Source of the DNA: Mustelus asterias
Taxonomy: Eukaryota
DNA: 64,000 nucleotides
Assembly (NCBI RefSeq): GCF_964213995.1
Contig: NW_027590191.1
Coordinates: 248,001-312,000 of the forward strand
Direction of reading: 5' to 3'
Numbering within the stretch: the stretch's first letter is position 1; every line of letters begins with the position of its first letter. The position numbers and the translations under genes are program-made. This document shows positions 1 through 11,825 of the stretch, piece by piece. The notes under the pieces are model-generated. The model made no database searches, was not told the origin of the DNA, and saw only the letters and a program-made list of their open reading frames with translations.

Positions 1-332
1 ACCGAGGTTCACTGGATTGATTTATGCGTTTCTCTTGCGAGGAGAGAATCAGTGGGATGAGTCTGTTCGCTCTGGAGTTAAGAATAATCAGAGGTGATCT
101 TATTGAAAAGTCTGAAACGGGGAAACAGTTTGACAGTGTAAATGTTGAGTTCCCTCCACCCCGGCTAAATTATTAAGAACAAAGAAAAATAAGGAGAATG
201 ATGTAAGAGGAGTTTGGAATATTTGGGAGAGGTGAAGCTAAGAATTGGAAGATGTGAATAATGTAATTAATGATGGAAAACCCGTATTGGTCTCCATGCA
301 TTTTAGGTTATGGAAATGGTTCGAGTGCATGT

Positions 333-405
333 GCCCGGCTAGCTCAGTCGGTAGAGCATGAGACTCTTAATCTCAGGGCCGTGGGTTCGAGCCCCACGTT
401 GGGCG
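333..405 (+). tRNA. tRNA-Lys(CTT), intact
   Basis: GCCCGGCTAGCTCAGTCGGTAGAGCATGAGACTCTTAATCTCAGGGCCGTGGGTTCGAGCCCCACGTTGGGCG; one variable-loop change from the vertebrate consensus; TTTTT terminator just downstream. Confidence 0.95.
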
Positions 406-760
406 ACATTGATTTTTAAACTTTCCCTCATTCCTGGGTGAATTCCAGATCTCCGTTCCTCCAGAAGTGTCACCGCTCAAACTGAGTCTTTCTCCTTTCT
501 GCGTTGTTTATCTCACAGTTGTGCGTTTCTGACTGAAAACTGCCTCCAGTTCACTGGAAGGCGGGGAGTTTAGCGCTGAACTCAGCGAGAGGTTTTGATG
601 TCATTTATTATGAGATTTAAACCCAGATCAGCGAGATTGTGTCAGTGGGAACAATAATCAGCTTCAGTGTAATTCAATCACTCCAGCCTTCCATCCGATC
701 AAAAGACCGCTTGTTCTTTCCTCCTCTTCCTCTCTATTTTCCTTGACTCTGTACTTGTTT

Positions 761-3690
761 AGAACATAGAACGATACAGCTCAGAACAGGCCCTTTGGCC
801 CACGATGTTGTGCCGAGCTTTATCTGAAACCAAGATCAAGCTATCCCACTCCCTATCATCCTGGTGTGCTCCATGTACCTATCCAATAACCGCTTAAATG
901 TTCCTAAAGTGTCTGACTCCACTATCACTGCAGGCAGTCCATTCCATACCCCAACCACTCTCTGCGTAAAGAACCTACCTCTGATATCCTTCCTGTATCT
1001 CCCACCACGAACCCTATGGTTATGCCCCCTTATGCTCCATCCACCCGAGGAAATAGTCTTTGAACGTTCACTCTATCTATCCTATTCATCATTTTATAAA
1101 CCTCTATTAAGTCTCCCCTCAGTCTCCTCCGCTCCAGAGAGAACAGCCCTAGCTCCCTCAACCTTTCCTCATAAGACCTACCCTCCAAACCAGGCAGCAT
1201 ACTGGTAAATCTCCTCTGCACTCTTCCCAGCGCTTCCACATCCTTCTTATAGTGAGGTGACCAGAACTGCACACAATATTCCAAATGTGGTCTCACCAAG
1301 GTCCTGTACAGTTGCAGTATAACCCCACGGCTCTTAAACTCCAATCCCCTGTTAATAAAAGCTAACACACTATAGGCCTTATTCACAGCTCTATCCAATT
1401 GAGTGGCAACCTTTAGAGACCTGTGGATATGAACTCCAAGATCTCTCTGTTCCTCCACAGTCTTCAGAACCCTACCTTTGACCCTGTAATCCACATTTAA
1501 ATTCGGCCTCCCAAAATGAATCACCTCACATTTATCAGAGTTAAACTCCATTTGCCATTTTTCAGCCCAGCTTTGCATCCTATCTATGTCTCTTTGCAGC
1601 CTACAACAGCCCTCCACCTCATCCACTACTCCACCAATCTTGGTGTCATCAGCAAATTTACTGATCCACCCTTCAGCCCCCTCCTCTAAGTCATTAATAA
1701 AAATCACAAAGAGCAGAGGACCAAGCACTGATCCCTGCGGCCCTCCGCTAGCAACCTGCCTCCAATCCGAAAATTTTCCATCCACCACCACCCTCTGTCT
1801 TCGATCAGACAGCCAGTTAACTATCCAATTGGCTAACTTTCCCTCTATCCCACACCTCCTCACTTTCATCATAAGCCGACCATGGGGGACCTTATCAAAC
1901 GCCTTACTAAATCCATGTATATGACATCAACTGCCCTACCTTCATCAACACAATTAGTTACCTCCTCAAAAAATTCAATCAAATTTGTGAGGCACGACTT
2001 GCCCTTCACGAATCCGTGCTGACTATCCCGGATGAATCCGCATCTTTCTAAATGGTCGTAAATCCCATCTCTAAGGACCTTTTCCATCAATTTACCAACC
2101 ACCGAAGTAAGACTAACCGGTCTATAATTACCAGGGTCATTTCTATTCCCTTTCTTAAACAGAGGAACAACATTCGTCATTCTCCAGTCCTCTGGCACCA
2201 TCCCCGTGGACAGCGAGGACCCAAAGATCAAAGCCAAAGGCTCTGCAATCTCATCCCTTTCCTCCCAAAGAATCCTAGGATACATTTCATCAGGCCCAGG
2301 GGACTTATCGACCTTCAGTTTATTCAAAACTGCCAGGACATCCTCCCTCCGAACATCTATTTCCTCCAGCCTATTAGCCTGTAACACCTTCTCTTCCTCA
2401 AAAACATGGCCCCTCTCCTTGGTGAACACTGAAGAAAAGTATTCATTCATCACCTCGCCTATCTCTACTGACTCCATACACAAGTTCCCACTACTGTCCT
2501 TGACCGGCCCTAACCTCACCCTGGTCATTCTTTTATTCCTCACATAAGAGTAAAAAGCCTTGGGGTTTTCCTTGATCCGACCCACCAAGGACTTCTCGTG
2601 TTCCCTCCTAGCTCTCCTAAGCCCCTTTTTCAGCTCATTCCTTGCTAACTTGTAACCCTCAATCGAGCCCTCTGAACCTTGTTTCCTCATCCCTACATAA
2701 GCTTCCCTCTTCCTTTTCACAAGACATTTTACCTCTTTCGTGAACCATGGTTCCCTCACTCGGCCGTTTCCTCCCTGCCTGACAGGGACATACCTATCAA
2801 GGACATCCAGTATTTGTTCCTTGAAAAAGTTCCACTTTTCATTAGTTCCTTTCTCTGACAGTTTCTGTTCCCAACGTATGCCCCCTAATTCTTGCCTAAT
2901 CGCATCATAATTCCCTCTCCCCCAATTGTAAACCTTGCCCTGCCGTACGGCCCTATCCCTCTCCATTGCAATAACAAAAGACACCGAATTGTGGTCACTA
3001 TCTCCAAAGTGCTCTCCCACAACCAAATCTAACACTTGGCCCGGTTCATTTCCCAGTACCAAATCCAATGTGGCCTCACCTCTTGTCGGCCTATCCACAT
3101 ATTGTGTCAGGAAACCCTCCTGCACACACTGCACAAAAACTGCCCCATCCGAACTATTTGACCTACCAAGGTTCCAATCAATATTTGGAAAGTTAAAGTC
3201 CCCCATGACAACTACCCTGTGACCCCCACACATATCCATAATCTGCTTAGCAATTTCTTCCTCCACATCTCTATTACTATTTGGGGGCCTATAGTAAACT
3301 CCTAACAACGTGACCGCTCCTTTCCTATTTCTAACCTCAGCCCATATTACCTCAGTGTTCAGATCCCCCTTGAAGTGCCTTTCCGCAGCCGTTAAACTAT
3401 CCTTGATTAACAATGCCAATCCTCCACCTCTTTTACCAGCTTCCCTACATTTAGTGAAACATCGATACCCCGGAACGTCCAACAACCATTCCTGTCCTTG
3501 TTCTACCCACGTCTCCGTAATGGCCACAACATCGTAGTCCCAAGTACCAATCCACGCCCCCAAGTTCATCTACCTTGTTCCGGATGCTCCTTGCATTGAA
3601 GTAGACACACTTGAACCCACCTTCCTGTCTACCGGTACCCACCCTTGACCCTGATACCTTCCCCAATACCTCACCACCCTCACTGACTTC
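761..3690 (-). mobile_element. CR1-type LINE, 5'-truncated, near-complete ORF2 plus 3' UTR
   Basis: APE and RT frames; GTTCTAT-type tail at about 765-780; empty insertion site visible in paralogous units near 33290 and 51710. Confidence 0.93.
1030..3612 (-). pseudogene. CR1 ORF2 (AP endonuclease + reverse transcriptase), frameshifted
   Basis: CVYFNARSIRNKVDEL / AITETW / GDFNFP / SDH (APE); NYRPVSLTS, QHGF, PQGSVLGP, FADD (RT); frameshifts near 3561 and 1910, disruption near 1030. Confidence 0.9.
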
Positions 3691-4509
3691 TTGACTAAGC
3701 CATTAAATCACTACTTTTTTCCAGTTAGGGTCAAAGGTCAGCAACCTGAATCATTCATTCTCTTTCCCTCTCCACAGAAGCTGTCGAAGCCGATGAGTGC
3801 TTCCAACATTTTCTGTTTTGAGGTGGGATTCGCACCAACTACAATTCCTAGTTTTGGATCACAGTGGTTCACTTTTCTCTGACTGAATCTTACCTGTTTG
3901 AACAGTTGAAAAGCTGAGGTTTTAAATAATAAGACACCAGAATATGTCACCCTGTTTGATATGAAATGAAACAAAATGACATTTAATCATTTCTTAAAAT
4001 GCTGCGAATGCAATATATATTCCATTGTCAATGCCAGCAGTTGTTGTCCATCCCTATTTCCCTCTGAACTGAGTATTTTGCTGGGCCATTTCTGAGGGCA
4101 GTTAAGAGTCTATCACATTGCCTTTCCTCTGGAGGCCCATGGAGGCCAGAAAGGAGAAGGATGACAGATTTCCTTCTGCAAGATGTGTTTTCATGACAAT
4201 CAGAAAACAAAGCTTCATTACTGAGACTAGCTTTCACTTCCGTTTCAGTTCTAGGCTGCGGTGGGTTCGTGACCTGTGAGCCTGGGCCACAGGATTCATA
4301 CTCCACTCATTTTACCACTATGTCACCTTCTTCCCGGAAGAGTGTAAGTTTAAATCCTTCACATGGAATCAAACCACTTAATTTCACTTTGAAAACAAAC
4401 ATTTAAAGCAGTGTACTGTGGAAATCAGTGTCGTCCACTCAGGATACCGGGGAATTGACGAGATATCTATTGCTTTCATTCAAAGACAGAAAAATGTGGT
4501 GAATCCTCA

Positions 4510-4600
4510 GCGTGAGCGATGAAGGAGCTGTGCTCCGAAAGCTCGTGATTACAAACAAACCTGTTGCACTTTAACCTGGTGTTGTGCGAATTCTTACCGG
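4510..4600 (+). repeat. Penelope-like non-autonomous repeat fragment with hammerhead-type motif
   Basis: GATGAAGGAGCTGTGCTCCGAAAGCTCGTG...TTAACCTGGTGTTGTG; same family as 9421-9621. Confidence 0.55.
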
Positions 4601-4879
4601 GTACTGAAGGGCATTTCATTTACAATTCGCAAAAAGATGATTTTTATAAAATTAACAGCTTTCAGCAAATCGCACCGCAATCACATTGCAGACGGTGCAG
4701 TGAGTTACTCTCCTGGCCTCATTGCATCAGCCCCAGAGGACGATTTCTCAAGAACACAAAAACCTCAGCGATAAAGAGGTCGGTGGCTTCACTCATCAAG
4801 GGTTACCCTAGAGCACGTGACCTTTCTCCCAAATCACACACGCCCACAATTGCTCAATAATGCTCAGATCACCTCAATT

Positions 4880-4951
4880 TCCGTGTTGGTTTCGTTGATA
4901 GAATTTGTTGCTTTCACTGCAATGGTCTGGGTTCGATCCCCGGTCAGGGAA
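4880..4951 (+). pseudogene. tRNA-Glu(TTC) pseudogene
   Basis: 72-nt colinear match to Glu; GGTTCGATCCCCGGTCAGGGAA kept, 5' half heavily mutated. Confidence 0.75.
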
Positions 4952-5119
4952 TGATGATTCATTGCTCTCGTGCAACACATGAATTAAGGAGAGTGGGTAT
5001 TACTTCCTGGTCGAAAACAGGAGCGATACTTATGGCAGGTTGAACAGGAAGAAGGAAAAATCTACCCCATTTCACAATCCTGTCAATTACCCACAACAAT
5101 TCATATTTACGTTCGGACG

Positions 5120-5285
5120 TCTTACAACACCAAGTCTATTTGGAGTCAGGAGCTTTCGGGGCGCTGATAAAATGAAGCAAATTGATTTTATTATCGGAGC
5201 AAATGAACCTGTTGGACTTTAACATGATGCTGTGAGACTTCTTATTGTGCCCACCCCAGTCCAACGCCGGTATCCCGACATCATA
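5120..5285. repeat. Degenerate palindromic Penelope-like repeat
   Basis: Same arms and CCCCAGTCCAACGCCGG tail as 9421-9621. Confidence 0.5.
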
Positions 5286-5587
5286 TTTACATTGCAATTG
5301 CTGGTACCTACTGTCAGAATGAGTGACTTACCTTCTACTGCATTAAATTTCATTGTAGCTCACCACATTCAAAGAGTAATGTTTGCTATAAACCTTATTG
5401 TGGTAAATCTGTTGAAAAACTTCCGCTTATCACTGCTCTGCTTTCATCACACTGGAAGCTAATGTGAAAAAAATGAATAATTTCAAAGCTGAACAACGTG
5501 CACAAGACAGGAAGGAGAATGCGACTGTGAATAATTGGCACTGTGCATATTCCTGTATCCAGTCTATGGGAGAACCAGGAGAATGAA

Positions 5588-5655
5588 ATCCTGGTGGTCC
5601 AGTGCTTAGGATTTGGCGCTTTCAGGGTCATATATCGGCTTCGATATGCCAGGAT
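5588..5655 (+). pseudogene. tRNA-Glu(TTC) pseudogene (3' half degenerate)
   Basis: TCCTGGTGGTCCAGTGCTTAGGATTTGGCGCTTTCA; paralogs at 38409 and 53442 in the same flanking unit. Confidence 0.65.
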
Positions 5656-6092
5656 TTAAAGTTTTTTACAATCCATTTAACAAACCTGAGTCGTTTCCTG
5701 GTCGAAAACAGCTCTGTCAGAAGCAGTGGAGTTAGATCTATATTTGTGTCCGAATTGGAAATGTCACATGGGCAACAGTTCAAGAACAAACACAGATTGT
5801 GAAGGACAGTGATAGGCTGCAAAGCGCTGCCAATGGAGATGGGGATACAAGTTCAAATCTGTGTGACAATGGAGTTGATTTTATCGGTTAGATTGACACA
5901 AACATCTCCCAGACCTGGATCCAAATCTCAGCCAAATCACAAGAAAACATCTCGCTAACTTAAACGCTGAGCTCTCCGACTTCACTCAGAAACCAGTAAC
6001 TCTGAGACAAAGCGTGATGCAGTCTGACCACTGGAACCCCCTCCACCACTTAATAAGACTATGCTGGATCCCGAGCGTCAGTTCACAGCTGA

Positions 6093-6164
6093 GGGGGTGT
6101 AGCTCAGTGGTAGAGCGTTTGACTGCAGATCAAACGGCCCTCGGTTCAAATCCGAGTGCCCCCT
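6093..6164 (+). tRNA. tRNA-Cys(GCA), structurally intact variant
   Basis: GGGGGTGTAGCTCAGTGGTAGAGCGTTTGACTGCAGATCAAACGGCCCTCGGTTCAAATCCGAGTGCCCCCT; stems TTTGA/TCAAA and CTCGG/CCGAG pair fully. Confidence 0.88.
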
Positions 6165-7279
6165 TCCTTATCTTTGTCTTATTTCTAATTGTGACTGTCT
6201 TTCTTTGGCTGCAAAGCGCATTGTGACGTCCACCAACCGGGAAAGGCGTCACAGAAATACAATTCTGTCTTTCATAAATTACCTTCAGTCCCAATTTTTG
6301 GTTACTGACAATCGTCAATAGAAACAGTTTGTCTCTTTCTGCTCTATCAAACGGCCCTTTCCCATGTTGGGAGAAGCGGGAAACCCCTACATCGCTGCAA
6401 CACTGTGGGGGGTAAAGTAGTCAAAGGGGTTTGCATAGTATTGTAAACGATGTGGTCATGTTGTAGTTCTCGACTATGTTTTTAAAAAAGAGAATTGGGG
6501 TTGGATATATAACAGCACTCGTTGACACCCTAATATAGTGTGCCTTCGTCTTAATTGCGGAATTCGTTATTGCGTTCGACTTTAAGCAAATGTTTGGTGG
6601 CTCAGTACCATCCAGAGGCGGTCGTTGTACTTTTATTTTCCCCATAAGCATTCATTGTCGCGCAGTTCCGGCTTGTGAACCGCGGCAACAATAAAAATAT
6701 TTCTCAAGTGTTGCCGCTCGACTGTTGTCAGGTGTTGTCAACATTATTTATTTAATGAATATTCATATCATCCATATCACAAGGTATAATATATATTCAT
6801 TTCAAATATGCAATTAAAGTTAAGAATTAGAGTCTTGGCTGGATGTGTTTGTGTGTCAGTTCTCCGATGAGTCCTCATCTGAGACTGGGAAACAATCTCT
6901 CAGTATTCTGTAGGTTCAATAAAATTGTCTCTCAGTCTTCTAAACTCCAGGGAATTTCAGCCCAATTTACACAGCCTCTCATCCCAGGAGAACTCTCTCA
7001 TCACAGGAACCTACCCAGTGGACCGTCTCCATTGGAAGGGTAGCCTTTTTCTAAAATAAAAAGCATTGTGGATATCAGAACTGCACCGAATATTTCACAC
7101 TTGCTCCCAACAAAACCCTGTATAAATGTAAATTGGTGTTTTTATTCTTGTACAGCAATCTGTTGGCAATAAAAACCAAAATGCTATTCCCTTCCTATTG
7201 TTTGCTGCACCACCATGCTATCTTCCTGCGTTCCTTGTACAAACACACCCAAATCTCTCAAGACAAACGCTTATATTAG

Positions 7280-7635
7280 GAAAGACGATGGCCTGGTGAT
7301 ATTATCGCGAGATTATTTATCCAGAAACTCATCCAATTTTATGGGGCCCCGCTTTTGAATCCTGCCACGGCACGTTGTAGAATTGTTTTTCAATAAAAAC
7401 TATCTGGAATTAAGAATCTACTGATGACCATGAAACCATTGTCGATTGTCGGAAAAACAAACATTGAGTTCGGTAATGTGCTTTACGGAAGGAAATCTGC
7501 CGTCCCTTATCCGTCTTGGCCTACATTGATTCCAGAGCTGCAGCAAAGTGTTTGATCCTAACTGTCCCAGGGCAACCAGGATGGGCAATAAATGCTGGCC
7601 GGCAGCGACACCCATTTCTAATCAATTAAAAAAGA
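7280..7635 (+). mobile_element. tRNA-derived SINE-like repeat (second family)
   Basis: tRNA-like head, GGAAGGAAATCTGCC core, GATGGGCAATAAATGCTG end; related copies near 20040-20370 and 56925-57225. Confidence 0.55.
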
Positions 7636-7699
7636 ACTAGGTCACCTTTACAAACATTGTCTGCTCTTTCTCCGTTTATGAACAAGATAAGATCTTTCT

Positions 7700-7995
7700 G
7701 GGCAACATGGTGGCACTGATGCCTCACAGCGCCAGGGGCCCGGTTTCAATTCCCGGCATTGGTTACTGTCTGTGCAGAGTCTGCATGCTTTCCCCGTGTT
7801 GCGTGGGTTTCCTGCGGGTGCCCCTTCTTATTCCCACAGAGTGAAAGATGTGCTGGTTAGGTACATTGGCCATGCTAAATTAGCTGTCAATTTTCCCGAG
7901 AAGGTGCCGGTTCTGCCGATGACGTACTTGTCACAGAAACCTCATTGCGGTGTTAATGTAAGCTTAATTGTGGCACTAATAAATAAACTTTAAAC
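7700..7995 (+). mobile_element. HE1-like SINE variant (TAATAAATAAACTTT tail)
   Basis: GGGC...GGTGGCAC...CTCACAGCGCCAGGG head; TGTCTGTGCAGAGTCTGCA body. Confidence 0.7.
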
Positions 7996-8939
7996 TGTCC
8001 AACTGATGCAACCACTGAGCTATGGAGCCAATTCCTGCGCCCAGCGTGGAGTTGGTGTATCATCATCAGTGGAGCGAAGAAGAGATTGAATTTTCAGGTG
8101 GGTGATATTTGATGGATGTGGAAATATCCGAGGTGGAGAACAAGGCGTCAATCGATGAGACTTGAAAGAGGAAGAATTTGACATGTGTGTCAGTTGTTTT
8201 TGTGATAAATGTCTGCCGTGTCATTCTTCTTCAGAGTTTGTATTGTTACATCTCTGATTTTTCCGGCTCTAATACAATTCATACAGCTGAAGATTGATCT
8301 TGTTTCTCCCTTAACAGACACTGTGAGGCGTGCTTTCGTTTAATGAAGAGTTAAATAAGAAGTTATTCGCTACTTGCCTGGTACTCCAACGTGGAACATG
8401 GCGATGAAACCTGACCACGGCATGCCAGGGAAGCTAATATCAGAGATTTGAAATTCTTTGATAACCATCTCTGTCTCCACCGCTTCATTTCAAGTCACTT
8501 TCGCTACTGACATTGTCACACAGTCATTCTAACATCTTATGACCAACTGAAGCAAATTATGCTTTCTTCCTTTATGTTCAGATACTTTCATCTCCAGAAA
8601 TTCAGTCCGTGCTGAGCAAAGTGCTCTGTTTAGTTTACAGTTTATCATCAATTCCGGGCCATAGCTATGGAAACATTGACTCTGAACCACTAGACCACCC
8701 AGGCTCCACCATCACTTCCTCGATGTTGTCTTTTCCACCATTCATGGTGTCATGTAATCCATCCTGCTTTGTGCCCTATCACAAAAATCCTTTTTTTCCC
8801 CCTTTCGCTCAGTGATTCCTCACTTTACAATCAGAAAATACTGGGAATACTCAGTCGGTCAGTTCATGTTTAGTGACAAACGCGCAAATAATTCCAGTAG
8901 TCGAATCCCTCTGAAATTAAAAGCTTTTGTTATTTTTTG

Positions 8940-9125
8940 TGAAGGCAAAATACTGCGGATGCTGGAACCTGAAACAAAAATAGAAAAATGCTGGAAAATC
9001 TTAGCAGGTCTGACAGCAGCTGTCGAGAGAGAATAGAGCCATCGTTTCGAGTCCGGAGCTCTGACGAAGGGTCATCCAGACTTGAAAGTTTGGCTCTTTC
9101 CTCTCTCCACAGATGCTGTCATGTC
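8940..9125. repeat. Penelope-like palindromic repeat with hammerhead-type core
   Basis: AATACTGCGGATGCTGG...; GAGCTCTGACGAAGGGTCATCCAGACTTGAAA...GGCTC. Confidence 0.6.
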
Positions 9126-9163
9126 TCTTTAGACCTTCCAACCTTTTCTGTTTATGATGAAAG

Positions 9164-9235
9164 TATTTCTGCCGCGATCAAACCAGGGATCTTTCGTGTG
9201 TAAGGCGAATGTGACAACCACTACACCACAGAAAC
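9164..9235 (-). pseudogene. tRNA-Val(TAC) pseudogene
   Basis: GTTTCTGTGGTGTAGTGGTTGTCACATTCGCCTTACACACGAAAGATCCCTGGTTTGATCGCGGCAGAAATA; T arm damaged. Confidence 0.8.
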
Positions 9236-9420
9236 ATTGCGATGCAATGATTCAAGGAAACTGGTTCCACAAACCCATCAATTGCAAACAATAATTTACA
9301 TTTGCGTTCCATTGGAATTTGTGCGATAACAAAGGTATTTCATAAAGTTAAGGAACTGGACATATAACGGTGATGAGATTCGATCACACGCTTCAACTAC
9401 TATCACTGCCCTGTCAGTAG

Positions 9421-9621
9421 TCTCACAGCACCAGGTTAAAGTCCAACAGGTTTATTTGGTAGCACGAGCTTTCGGAGCACTGTCCGAATCAGGTGACTCA
9501 CGTGATGAAGAGGCTTGCTTCGAAAGCTTGTGCTACCAAATGAACCTGTTGGACTTTAACCTGGTGCTGTGAGATTATTTACTGTGCCTACCCCAGTCCA
9601 GCGCCGGCAACTCCACATCAT
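9421..9621. mobile_element. Palindromic Penelope-like element (about 154-bp inverted repeat plus tail)
   Basis: TCTCACAGCACCAGGTTAAAGTCCAACAGGTT...AACCTGTTGGACTTTAACCTGGTGCTGTGAGA; back-to-back degenerate TGATGA..GAAAGCT motifs. Confidence 0.65.
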
Positions 9622-11185
9622 TACTGCCCTGAGCTCATCAATGGTACCAGCAGAACCTATTGATGCCGTATCTGGTATTGCCAATGAACAGCATCAATGG
9701 AGTAGAATAGGGTCACATGAACCATTGAGCCTCCTCCATGACAGAATCAAGTCAGATCCACAGCCTCAACCCCAATTTCCCAGCTTATACCAACAGCCCT
9801 CCATTCACTTAGATTCCAACAACTCTCCACCTCAACCTTCAATGTCTTCATCAGCTGAAGATTCACAGACCTCTATGCCGCTACAGAATTGATGCAAGAT
9901 GGCGCCCGAGCGAGGCGACCTCTTGGAAGCAGTGACCAGTATACCTTCTAACTCTATCTTTTCGTCTTGCTCTATGCTTCTAAAACTTCATTCTAAATCT
10001 TTTAAACTCTCTAAGAATGCTTTAATTCAATTTCGGGGAAAATTAAAAAAATAATAATATTTTCGATTATGTTTCAACCTTATTTTGAATCGTGGAGCCA
10101 ATGAAGTGAACATGTTAACTCCTACAAAACTCTGCTCATGACCAATGTGACCGGCCTAGAATAGCAAGCCGTACAGTCTGATTGCAATTTAAATCCTTGT
10201 TTTGTAGAATTATAATTCGGTTGAAAACCTTAGCCATGTGGCACAGTCATTGATCTAACATAAGATTCAGAAAATAACATTTGTCCTGAATTGTATCGCT
10301 TTCTCCATGACGGCAGTTGCAGAATATTATTCAAGCATTGGGGAAGTGTAAATACCACATGGCTGTGAGATAATGTGATTCCTTAAGATTTAATAACACT
10401 TAGAGATGGGACAGCTGTTTTGAAAAGGTTTTGTCAGTTATTTCGAACACAGTAATCAGTACACTGCAGAAACACAGGTGACACATGGAAGAGTTTAGAA
10501 TTCGATGCGTGTCCACAGATTCTGCCAAACCTGCTGAAAATTTCCATAATCTAATGCTTGTATTATAAATACAGGTTTTATCAGAACATAAAACACACCG
10601 CAAGACGGCAATGATAAATGAAATAGTCCCACAAGCTGTTCACGTGTAAATTTCAATTTCCAAAATCCACCAATTTCATCATTGCTGATCCATTGAAACG
10701 CACCTTGTAAAACACGGCAGGCATTCATCTCTCAAAGAACTGAAACGCCTCAAATGTGAACTACCTGCACTCAATCTCATGACTTTGCAATTATAAAAAC
10801 AGCATTCTGGTGAAAGTTTAACTCAGTCCTCATTCCACTGATCTTTGCCGATTTGCTGTGTATTTCCCTCAATGAACACATTTTAGGTTGGGATAGACAG
10901 ATTCCTGATCTATCTGAGAAAGAAGGGAAATGTGCAGGAAAATGGCAACTCAAGATCAAACATGGGTTAAAGTTTTGAGTTCAGTCATTGAATTTAATAA
11001 TATTTGAAATATATAAATTGTTACAAATAATATGTTAGAGATAAATGTTCAATAAACTGACGGCGGCTAACAGTAGAGGCAGAAACACACGATACGTTTT
11101 TTCTTGTGTTGCCCACGGACCTCAGTGACACTCAAAAACCGAGAGATAATGAAAGCAGATGGAGAGGGTAAAAATAGCAAAAACC

Positions 11186-11259
11186 CGTCCCTGGATGGGA
11201 TCGAACCACCACCCTTTCGGTTAACAGCCGAACGCGCTAACCAATTGCGCCACAGAGAC
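11186..11259 (-). tRNA. tRNA-Asn(GTT), intact
   Basis: GTCTCTGTGGCGCAATTGGTTAGCGCGTTCGGCTGTTAACCGAAAGGGTGGTGGTTCGATCCCATCCAGGGACG followed by TTTTT. Confidence 0.92.
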
Positions 11260-11656
11260 TGAGGCAACTACAGCCCACATGGTATCCTGAATCAGGGTGT
11301 CAGCTTGTTGGCTGCAAATTTGAAGCCAATTCAATTTTCACCAAACCTGACACAGAAAAACCAAATGATGGTATCGTTTACAAATCTAAACATGTACATT
11401 TAACTGTTTTACCCCACAGTGTTGCTGTGGTGACATGGTTAATCCCTTCTCCTAACATGGGCAAAGGGCCGTTTGATAGAGCAGGGAGGGACAGACTGTT
11501 CCCACTGACTGGGCTCAGTAACAGAGGATTGGGATTGAAGATCATGAAATGTTTGCATTTATTTCGAACCTCTCCCGACCAGCGGACGTCAGAAAGCGCT
11601 TTCCAGCCAATGAAGGGCAGTTTTCAATTGAAAAACAAATATCAGTTAAGCGTGGA

Positions 11657-11728
11657 AGGAGGCATCAGATTTGAATGCAGGAACTTCTTAACCTGCAGTC
11701 AAATGCTCCACCCTTCAGCTATTCCGTT
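11657..11728 (-). pseudogene. tRNA-Cys(GCA) pseudogene
   Basis: GAGCATTTGACTGCAG core retained, stems degenerate. Confidence 0.65.
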
Positions 11729-11825
11729 GATACCAAGACTCCGTTTTGTCGCTCCTTCGTCTTCTGTCTCGCGTGGCCTATGCTTATGCTTGTTCCTCTG
11801 TGTTTACGGGCCCGAAGGGAGTGAA

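Noticed and set aside
8380-8705. Further very degenerate tRNA-Glu-like remnants (also near 25170, 27000, 46180, 49355, 62587)
   Set aside because: Only A-box-like fragments are recognisable; not listed individually
9893-10050. CAAGATGGCG (YY1-like) motif as a promoter
   Set aside because: Isolated motif, more likely a retroelement 5' fragment; no associated gene
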